NCBI GenBank assembly: GCA_038213805.1
Contig: JBBQSO010000002.1
Span: 415 to 64,414 of the forward strand
DNA from: Planctomycetota bacterium
GTDB lineage: Bacteria > Planctomycetota > UBA11346
DNA: 64,000 bases
Reading direction: 5' to 3'
Position 1 is the stretch's first letter; each line of letters starts with the position of its first letter. A program made the translations under genes and the position numbers. Shown in pieces: positions 57,037 through 64,000 of this stretch. Below the pieces are notes generated by a model. The model searched no databases, was not told the DNA's origin, and was given only the letters and a program-made list of their open reading frames with translations.

Positions 57037-58554
57037 ATGGAGCGTTCACCCCAGCGGGTCCCGACCGATCTCGCCGAGCGCATCCCGCTAGGCATTTGCA
57101 CGTTCGCGGGCGATGACAAGCTGCTTTTCGCCAACGCCCACGCGCGCCGGCTGCTCGACGCGCCGGTGCCGCGCGGCGAACTGCGCCGCGACCTCATCGC
57201 GCGGCTCGGCGAGGGCTGCTCGGGTCTGTTCAATCTGACGCCAGGCCAGCGCCTGGTGGTGCCGGTCGCCGGCCGCCTGCTTGAGGTCGACTGCCAGGAG
57301 ACCGACAACAGCGGCTTGCTCTGGGTGGTCAGCGACCAGAGCATCGAATTGCGTCTGCGCGCCCAGCTCGCCGAAGAGGCGAGCTTCCTGGCGCACAGCC
57401 ACGAGGCCTTCCTGGTCGTCGACCTGGGCGGCACCATCCGCTACGCCAACGAGTACTGCGAGCGCGAGCGCGGCTTCCCGCCCGGCGGCATGGTCGGGCT
57501 CAAGCTCGCCGAACTCGAGAAGCCCTGCGGCGCGACCTACGAGAACCCCACCGATCTGCGCGAGGCCGACCTGCAGGTGCGCCTCAGCGAAGTGGTGCGC
57601 GGCGGCGGCGTCTACCGCTACAACGCCTGGCACCACCACCGCGACCGCGCCGCGCGCCACCCGGTCGAGGTCAACATGCGCCCGCACCGGCTCAGCACCG
57701 AGACCGTGGTGCTGACCACCGCGCACGACGACAGCCGCCGCCTGATGCACCTCCAGGCGCTGTCCCAGGCCAAGGGCGAGGCCGAGGCCGCGAACCGCGC
57801 CAAGTCCGCCTTCCTGGCCATCACCAGCCATGAACTGCGCACGCCGCTGACTGGCATCATCGGTTTCTGCGAACTCCTCCAGCTCGAGCGCAGCGACGAG
57901 AACCCGCAGGCGCAGAAGTACCTCAAGCTGATCGCCGAGTCTTCGCACTCGCTGCTGGCGATCATCAACGACATCCTCGACTTCTCGAAGATCGAATCGC
58001 GCACCCTTGAGATCCGCCCGGTGCGCGTCGACGCCGAGCAGGTTCTGGACATCACCGCCCAATTGTGGAAGGAGCGCGCCGCGGCGCGCGGCCTCAAGCT
58101 GGTGCGCCGGGCGAGCGTGGGCGAGCGCATCGAACTGGTCAGCGACCCGCTGCGCTTGCGCCAGATGCTCGACAACATGGTCGGCAACGCGATCAAGTTC
58201 ACCGAGCGCGGGCGCATCGAGATCGGCATCACCTACCAGCCCGACCTGGTCGAGTTCAGCGTCAGCGACACCGGCTGCGGCATCAGCCAGGCCGCGCAGG
58301 CCAACCTCTTCCAAGCCTTCTGGCAGGCCGCCGACGCCACCACGCGCGCCGCCGGCGGCGCCGGCCTCGGATTGTACATCTGCCGCAACCTCGCCGATCT
58401 GCTGGGCGGCAGCGTGTGGCTGGCGGACAGCTCCACATCCGGCAGCACCTTCAAGCTGGCGCTGCCGCTGATCTGTACCGGGCGGTTCAATGCGCGGGTG
58501 CGTACGTCGGGGATGTGGGTGCGGGGGCCGCGGGTGGGGGAAGGGCTGGGTTAG
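57037..58554 (+). CDS. PAS-domain sensor histidine kinase
   Basis: Two PAS-like regions; H-box (FLAITSHELRTPLTGIIGF); N box (NAIKFT), G boxes (DTGCGI, GGAGLGLYI). An alternative GTG start at 56914 lies immediately after the upstream stop. Confidence 0.85.
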   Translation: MERSPQRVPTDLAERIPLGICTFAGDDKLLFANAHARRLLDAPVPRGELRRDLIARLGEGCSGLFNLTPGQRLVVPVAGRLLEVDCQETDNSGLLWVVSDQSIELRLRAQLAEEASFLAHSHEAFLVVDLGGTIRYANEYCERERGFPPGGMVGLKLAELEKPCGATYENPTDLREADLQVRLSEVVRGGGVYRYNAWHHHRDRAARHPVEVNMRPHRLSTETVVLTTAHDDSRRLMHLQALSQAKGEAEAANRAKSAFLAITSHELRTPLTGIIGFCELLQLERSDENPQAQKYLKLIAESSHSLLAIINDILDFSKIESRTLEIRPVRVDAEQVLDITAQLWKERAAARGLKLVRRASVGERIELVSDPLRLRQMLDNMVGNAIKFTERGRIEIGITYQPDLVEFSVSDTGCGISQAAQANLFQAFWQAADATTRAAGGAGLGLYICRNLADLLGGSVWLADSSTSGSTFKLALPLICTGRFNARVRTSGMWVRGPRVGEGLG

Positions 58555-59915
58555 GGCGCAGCCGTCGGGTGGAAGCGCACGATGGCGGCGATGGCCGCGG
58601 CCCGCACCGCCTCGTCGACGTCGCCGAGTCGGGCGAGCAATGCTGCGTCTACAGCCTGGTCCCCGGCGTCCGCCACGGCGGCGATGGCCGCGCTCCGCAC
58701 TGCAGCGACCGGATCGTCGCAGGCGGCGACCAGCGCGCTCACGGCCGCCGGCGCGTGGACACCCGCCAATGACCTGGTCGCGAGCACGCGGGCCGACGGA
58801 CCATCGCCATCGGCGCGGGAGGCCAGCACGGCGGCTAGCGCAGCGACCGCACCCGGCGCCGCCGAGTGGGCGAGGCCGGTGATGGCCTCCGCGCGCGTCA
58901 GCTCGTCCCACGTACGCTCGTGAACCATCTCGGCGAGGGCTTGCTGGATACGCGGCCCGGATAGTGCGGCGAGCACACGGACGACATCGCGACGCGATGG
59001 CCCCGGTTGCGGCGCGAGCGCGACCAGCAGCCATGGGACGGCCGGCTCCAGGCAGCCGGGTTCGGCGGACGCGAATTCGAGCAGGGCATCGCCCGCGTTC
59101 AGGCGCACGTCCTCATCCGCATCGATGAGCAGCTCCGCGACCTTCCTGGCGCACTCGCCAGTGCCGAGCGTGCGCAGCAGGCCGATCCCGAAGATACGCA
59201 TCCCCGCGTCCGGATGCGCGAGCAGCGTCACCACGACCGCCGCCGCCGGGCGCGCCTGGCCGGCAGCACGAAGGCGCTCGGCCATCAACCACGCGTCCGG
59301 GCCATCGTACTCCCCCACCACGCCCGCCGGGGCCGGTGGCGAGTTCCGCGGATCGCAGCCGGAAAGCACTGGTCCAAGCCCCGTCCAATCGCTGTTGGAC
59401 GCCAGCCAGTCCAGCAGCACCTTCCGCTCCTGCCCCTGCGCCCCAACCAGCGCCGCGATCACCAGGGGCGTGGCCGCGGCCGCGTGAATCTCTGGCAGCG
59501 CACTGCGCGCCGCCTCGCGCAGGTTGAGGTCGGGATCCCCGAGCATGCCGAGCAGCGGCGCCATCGCCGCGTCGTAGGGATGGTGGGCGAGGCAGGTGGC
59601 GGCGATCCAGCGCACCCGTGCATCGGGATGGTCCAATGCGCTGGTGAGCCCCGCGCCCGGCGCGCCCGGCCAATCGCGCAGACGCCGGTCCAGGACATCA
59701 TCGTACTGGGCCTGCACCGCCGCCGCGCGCAGCAGCGGGTCGAGCCATGGAGAATGCTCCTCGACCCACTCAGGGGCCCAGCGCGGCAGCTGCCACCACA
59801 GCAGGGCTGCGACTCCCATCAGGCCGCTCAGCACGACGCCGCCTGCGATCGCCCAGCCCGCGGGTGCCCACCGACCGGACAGCATCACCCCAGGCGTCGT
59901 CACCCGAACCACCAT
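58551..59915 (-). CDS. Membrane-anchored HEAT-repeat protein, paralog 1 of a tandem triplet
   Basis: N-terminal TM helix, then the conserved juxtamembrane motif WQLPRWAPEWVEEHSPWLDPLLRAAAVQ, then repeated HEAT-like units (DHPDARVRWIAATCLAHH..., DEDVRLNAGDALLE..., DEAVRAAAIAAI). ATG rc at 59913-59915. Confidence 0.6.
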   Translation of the reverse strand: MVVRVTTPGVMLSGRWAPAGWAIAGGVVLSGLMGVAALLWWQLPRWAPEWVEEHSPWLDPLLRAAAVQAQYDDVLDRRLRDWPGAPGAGLTSALDHPDARVRWIAATCLAHHPYDAAMAPLLGMLGDPDLNLREAARSALPEIHAAAATPLVIAALVGAQGQERKVLLDWLASNSDWTGLGPVLSGCDPRNSPPAPAGVVGEYDGPDAWLMAERLRAAGQARPAAAVVVTLLAHPDAGMRIFGIGLLRTLGTGECARKVAELLIDADEDVRLNAGDALLEFASAEPGCLEPAVPWLLVALAPQPGPSRRDVVRVLAALSGPRIQQALAEMVHERTWDELTRAEAITGLAHSAAPGAVAALAAVLASRADGDGPSARVLATRSLAGVHAPAAVSALVAACDDPVAAVRSAAIAAVADAGDQAVDAALLARLGDVDEAVRAAAIAAIVRFHPTAAP

Positions 59916-60130
59916 AGCCCTGGCGTGGATTCCGCACCCGCGGCCACCGCGTCATCACTTCCCGCTGCGTGCCGCATCGTGTCAATGATCGCCGCGTTCC
60001 CGGATGGTCAATGGACACCGCGAAACGGCAATGCCTGCGCTCTCGGCGGGATCTGGGGCAGAGGGCGCTGCGATGGGACGGCCAGCACCACGCGGTGGCG
60101 TGTGCGGCCCGCTCTGCAGGTACCGCGAGA

Positions 60131-61777
60131 TCAGGGCGCTGCATGTTCGTCAGCCGGCGCAGGTGCACCAGCTGGCGCGGTCGGTGCCGGAATGGTTCGG
60201 CGGTCCGCGTCGCGGCGGCCGGCCATCGCGGCAAGCACTGCGCGCTGCGCAGTGTCGAGCGGCATATCCACGGCGGTCAGTTCATCGTAGGCACTCATCC
60301 ACAACGGGATGACCGCGGCCGGCTCCTCCGCCAGCGCCACATCGCGCTCAGCACCCGCGACCAGCGCGACCAGCGCCGCGATGCCTGGCGGGTGACGGCG
60401 CGCCGCGATGCTTTCGACGGCGGTGTCCCGTACCGCTTCGTCCGAGTCGCGGAGGCGCGCGATCATGGCGGCGTCGACGTTCGGGTCATCCGCTTCAACC
60501 AGGCCCGCGACCGCTTCGAGGCGAACCTCCGCGACCGCGTCGGTGCACGCCTCGAGCAGCGCGCGTTCGGCGGATGCGGTGCGAGCGCCGCCCAGGCCTC
60601 TGGCCGCGAGCTGGCGCGCCGGCAGGCCGTCGCCCGCGCCGTCCGCCAGCACATCGATGAGCAGGGCAAGGACCTCGGGAGCGGTGGGGCGGGCGAGTCC
60701 TTCGAGGGCCTTCAGGCGCGTCGGCGCGTCCCAATCACGCGACCGCACGCAGGCGGCGAGTGCATTCTGGGCACGGATCCCGGCAGCGGCGGCAAGCACG
60801 CGCGCCACCTGCAACCGCTCCGGACCTGGCTGCGGCGCGAGCTGGCGGACCAGCAGCGGCACGGCCGCCGCCAAGCAGCCCGGCGTCTCGGCGGCGAGCT
60901 CGAGCAACGCATCCCCGGCGGCCGTGCGGACCTGGGCATCAGCGTCGACCAGCCGCTCCGCCACGCGCGGCACCTGCCGCGCGGCGCCCAGCGCGCGCAG
61001 CAACTCGATGCCCACGCAACGCCAGTCCGCCTGGGCGTGCGTGAGCAGCGGCACGATGCCCGCCGCCGCCCGCTCGCCCTGGCCGCTGTCGTGCAGGCGC
61101 TCGACCATGGCCCAGACCGCCTGATCGAAATCGGAGGTGGAGTGCCGATAGCGCCGGGGCACCGGCACCGGATCGAGCCGGAGCGCACCCACCGGGTCCA
61201 TGCGCTCCACCACCAGGCGCAATCCCGACCAATCGCCTTTTTCAGCGAGCCAGCCGATCAGCAGCGCGGCCGCCGCGACGTCGGCATGCGGCAATGCGGC
61301 CATCACCTGCGCGGTGTCTGCCTCCTGCGCGATCTGGCTCACCGCGTAGGCGGCGGCTTCGCGCAGCTCAAGGTCCGGCTCGCCGATATTGCGTAGCAGG
61401 GGCGCCAGCGCCGCTGCATCCGGGAACGAGGCCAGGCAACGCGCCGCGATCACCCGCACGCGCAGGTCTGGGTGGTCGAGTGCCCGAATCAGCGTCGGTG
61501 TGATCGGGTCCGGCCAATGGCTCAGGCGCGGCCAAATGATGTCGTCTCCAAGCTCGTGCGTAGTCTCGCTGCGCACGGCCGCCGCGCGCAGCACGGGCTC
61601 CAGCCACGGCGACCGCCGCTCGACCCAGACCGGGGCCCAGCGCGGCAGGAAGGTCCACAGCACCGCCGCTACCGCCAGGAGCCCGGCCAGCATCGCTGTG
61701 CCGGCAACCACCCAGCCGGCAACATGCCGGCTGCCACCCGCCGTCGGCGGATTCGCTGTCGCTGGGCGCTGGACCAT
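60131..61777 (-). CDS. Membrane-anchored HEAT-repeat protein, paralog 2
   Basis: TM helix + motif TFLPRWAPVWVERRSPWLEPVLRAAAVR + HEAT-like repeats (DHPDLRVRVIAARCLASF..., DADAQVRTAAGDALLELA..., DEAVRDTAVESIAA). Confidence 0.6.
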   Translation of the reverse strand: MVQRPATANPPTAGGSRHVAGWVVAGTAMLAGLLAVAAVLWTFLPRWAPVWVERRSPWLEPVLRAAAVRSETTHELGDDIIWPRLSHWPDPITPTLIRALDHPDLRVRVIAARCLASFPDAAALAPLLRNIGEPDLELREAAAYAVSQIAQEADTAQVMAALPHADVAAAALLIGWLAEKGDWSGLRLVVERMDPVGALRLDPVPVPRRYRHSTSDFDQAVWAMVERLHDSGQGERAAAGIVPLLTHAQADWRCVGIELLRALGAARQVPRVAERLVDADAQVRTAAGDALLELAAETPGCLAAAVPLLVRQLAPQPGPERLQVARVLAAAAGIRAQNALAACVRSRDWDAPTRLKALEGLARPTAPEVLALLIDVLADGAGDGLPARQLAARGLGGARTASAERALLEACTDAVAEVRLEAVAGLVEADDPNVDAAMIARLRDSDEAVRDTAVESIAARRHPPGIAALVALVAGAERDVALAEEPAAVIPLWMSAYDELTAVDMPLDTAQRAVLAAMAGRRDADRRTIPAPTAPAGAPAPADEHAAP

Positions 61778-61967
61778 ACCGTACCTTCGCCACCGGCCGA
61801 TGGGGTCAACCGCCGATGAGCGGGTGCAATCCGCGGGCCACGGGCCACGGGCCGCGCGCGGCGCGTCATCCCGCAGGCTCCCGTCCTTGCAGCGGCGCGG
61901 CGTCGCGAAAGCACTGTCCCGGCGGCGAGCCGCCAGCCGACGGGTGGTCGGCGGCCGCCGCCCGAGG

Positions 61968-63623
61968 TCATGGCTGCACCAGGAAGGGCGTGGCGGTTGG
62001 CGAGGTGGCGCGCAGTTCAGCCGTTCTCCTCATCCGGTCGACTTCGGCCATACGGGACCGCGCGGCATCGAGCACCGCCCGCTGCGCGGCGTCGAAGGTG
62101 CAGGTGCTGCAGTACAGCAGACGGTCCGCAGCGGTCCACCAGGGCTGCCGCTCCGCGACCGACAGGAACATGGGCATCGGGCCATGCTCGGCCGCGGCGA
62201 TGAGGGCGATCAACGCGGCCACGCCCGCCGGCCGGCCGTGGTTCGCGATCAGGCTGATCGCCTCCCACCGGACCTCCTCGTCCGCATCGGTCATGGCGGG
62301 AAGCGCGAGGCGATCGGCTTCGAGATCGCACATGGGCCGGAGCGCCCGCAGCGCACTGGCACGCACCCTCGCTGCTGGATCGGAACACGCCGCGACCAGC
62401 GCCGGCGGCGCCGCGGTGGAAAGCCCCAGGCCCAGCGTGCAGGCCGCGGCCACTCGTATCTGCACGTCGATCTCGGCCCGGGGGCCGGCGAGCGCCTCGC
62501 ACATGGTCGTGACGAATACTGGATCCGTGCAGTCACGGAGATGACGGATGGCGGAGCAGCGGGTTTCCGGGTCCCAGGCGCGCGCGCGCAGCAGGCGGAT
62601 CAGACTCTGTTCCACCTGCAGGTCCCGCACGTTCTCCAACACCCGCACGACCTCCTTCCGGCTGGGACCAGATCGGGGCTCCAGAAGGCGGAGCAGCGCG
62701 GGCACCAGCGCCGCGGTGGCACCTGGGGCGGTTTCATCGAGCCCGCACAGCACCGCTCCGGCATATTCCCGCACCTTCCCGTCCTCATCGACCAGGCGCG
62801 GGACGAGCGCTGGGAGCTCGTCCCGCGCACCCAATCGCGCGATGATCCACACCGCTGCGATCCGCCAGGCCGGCCTGGAGGACGCCAGCAGCGGCCGGGC
62901 CTCGGCGCAGATCACCGCGCGGTCTCCAGTGCCGCGCATGCGGTCGAGCAACGCGCCGAAGTCGAAGCGCGTGTAGTCGCCGTCATAGTCCCGCTGAAAG
63001 AACACCTTTGCCACTGGCAGGAGGGCGTGGCGGCCGCCGTGTGCGCACAACCAGTCCAGGAGCGGCTCCTCATCCACTCCAGTTGCTCCAGCGTGCGCGA
63101 GACCAGCCACCACCGCGGGCGTGGCCCCGGGGTCATCGACCGCATGGAGCGCCCGCTCGGCCGTCCCGGCCTCGTCCAGGTGGTCAGCATCCATCAGCTC
63201 GATCAGTCGCGGCGCTGCTGGTCCGTAGCTTATGTACTGCAACCCTTCGAGCGCGAGCAAGCGGATGTCGAGCACGCTGTCGTGCAGTCCAGCCTCCAGC
63301 CCAGGACCGGCGCGCTGCCCGAGCGCACGGATCCGCACGGCGAATCCGCTCGAGGGTTCCTGCAACGTGTAACGCAGCTGCCGCTCGGCGCGCAGCATCG
63401 GCCCCACCCACGGAGAGTGCTGGACCACCCACTCCGGCGCCCATTCCGGCAGGCAATACCAGGACACACCCGCCGCCACGGTCATCAGAATGCCCAACAC
63501 CGCCGCGGACGCGACCAGCCAAGCGACGACGCGACGACGTTGTGCCGCGTTTCCCGCCGCAGCCGCCCACGTCACCACCGCCTGATTGCCATCTCCCGTC
63601 GAGCGCTTGCCCATGCCGTACAT
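61968..63623 (-). CDS. Membrane-anchored HEAT-repeat protein, paralog 3
   Basis: TM helix + motif YCLPEWAPEWVVQHSPWVGPMLRAERQLR + HEAT-like repeats (DEDGKVREYAGAVLCGL..., DPAARVRASALRAL..., DEEVRWEAISLIAN). Confidence 0.6.
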   Translation of the reverse strand: MYGMGKRSTGDGNQAVVTWAAAAGNAAQRRRVVAWLVASAAVLGILMTVAAGVSWYCLPEWAPEWVVQHSPWVGPMLRAERQLRYTLQEPSSGFAVRIRALGQRAGPGLEAGLHDSVLDIRLLALEGLQYISYGPAAPRLIELMDADHLDEAGTAERALHAVDDPGATPAVVAGLAHAGATGVDEEPLLDWLCAHGGRHALLPVAKVFFQRDYDGDYTRFDFGALLDRMRGTGDRAVICAEARPLLASSRPAWRIAAVWIIARLGARDELPALVPRLVDEDGKVREYAGAVLCGLDETAPGATAALVPALLRLLEPRSGPSRKEVVRVLENVRDLQVEQSLIRLLRARAWDPETRCSAIRHLRDCTDPVFVTTMCEALAGPRAEIDVQIRVAAACTLGLGLSTAAPPALVAACSDPAARVRASALRALRPMCDLEADRLALPAMTDADEEVRWEAISLIANHGRPAGVAALIALIAAAEHGPMPMFLSVAERQPWWTAADRLLYCSTCTFDAAQRAVLDAARSRMAEVDRMRRTAELRATSPTATPFLVQP

Positions 63624-63670
63624 TCGCCAGCGGCGTCGACGGTCAATCCCTGCTTCGAATGTGCATGAAT

Positions 63671-63752
63671 CGCCTACGGACCGCGATTCCTGCCGGTCGG
63701 CATCGCTGGTGGATTCGCGGGCTCAGGCCGGCAGGAATCGCGGACCGTAGGC
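63671..63752. repeat. 26-bp near-perfect inverted repeat (25/26) separated by 30 nt, upstream of HEAT paralog 3
   Basis: cgcctacggaccgcgattcctgccgg (63671-63696) pairs with ccggcaggaatcgcggaccgtaggcg (63727-63752); a single central mismatch. Confidence 0.8.
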
Positions 63753-63775
63753 GATGAGATTTATAACGCGTCAAG

Positions 63776-63823
63776 TCCCAGGGCTCACGCCCTGGGCTAG
63801 CTTCTGCCGCCCGCTCCGCGGGC
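63776..63823 (-). repeat. REP-like double-hairpin repeat unit, copy C
   Basis: cccagggctcacgccctgggctagcttctgccgcccgctccgcgggct; its rc matches copy A (36990-37037) across both hairpins. Confidence 0.7.
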
Positions 63824-63890
63824 TCATCCACGGTGACGCAGCGGTGCCCGCGTGACCGCCTGTCTCTCGTTCCCGACCCGGTGTCCTATG

Positions 63891-63939
63891 CCTCGTGCCT
63901 CGCGCCTCGCGCCTCGCGCCTCGCACTCCGCACACCGCA
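63891..63939. repeat. Heptanucleotide tandem repeat (CCTCGYG)x5 plus two degenerate units
   Basis: cctcgtg cctcgcg cctcgcg cctcgcg cctcgca ctccgca caccgca, read directly from the sequence. Confidence 0.8.
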
Positions 63940-64000
63940 CCTACCTTCCCCTCAGAACTGCCCCGCCCGCGCGATCGCCAGCAGCGTCGCCCGCGCCTTG

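Overview
The window is a 64 kb chromosomal segment from a high-GC (~70%) bacterium, and its gene content resembles the Planctomycetota/Verrucomicrobiota (PVC) group. Evidence for that is a DUF1592(c-type haem motif)/DUF1552 gene pair, a DUF1080 protein, PA14-domain proteins, a PA14-plus-dehydrogenase-like beta-propeller protein, Tat-signal Gfo/Idh/MocA enzymes, weak Shine-Dalgarno use and very frequent 4-nt start/stop overlaps (ATGA/GTGA). I support about 50 CDS and several repeat/regulatory features; no rRNA, tRNA or CRISPR array was recognised by eye.

Main blocks:
- 1 to ~10.4 kb: a lower-GC (~50-58%) block with secreted adhesin-like PA14 proteins, an intact IS630-family insertion sequence (terminal inverted repeats plus TA duplication) and a large DUF2341/LamG/sialate-O-acetylesterase protein.
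- ~10.4-17 kb: secreted PVC-type proteins and a GH29 alpha-L-fucosidase.
- 18.6-21.8 kb: an operon of a PLP-dependent desulfurase-like enzyme with a PF10014-type 2OG-Fe dioxygenase, next to two stand-alone receiver proteins.
- 22-31 kb: large secreted proteins and the DUF1592/DUF1552 pair.
- 34-45 kb: an amino-sugar/host-glycan utilisation and salvage locus. It holds a NagB-LmbE fusion, a sugar-1-phosphate nucleotidyltransferase, an AraC regulator, a GHMP sugar kinase, a CBM9-like protein, a GH20 hexosaminidase, an MFS transporter and a GH109-like oxidoreductase; four of these are chained by ATGA overlaps.
- 45-58 kb: a signalling-rich region with three more stand-alone receivers, a hybrid histidine kinase and a PAS histidine kinase, plus a ThiO-like oxidase coupled to an orphan MlaE permease and an overlapping dapB-HAD-heptosyltransferase-CoaB-like operon.
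- 58.5-63.6 kb: a tandem array of three paralogous membrane-anchored HEAT-repeat proteins.

Non-coding structure includes a REP-like double-hairpin repeat family (at least three copies), a MITE-like element with ~55-bp inverted arms, two heptanucleotide microsatellites ((GGCTGAT)10 and (CCTCGCG)5-7), and a 26-bp near-perfect inverted repeat. Many long antisense ORFs in the provided track are high-GC artefacts and were rejected.
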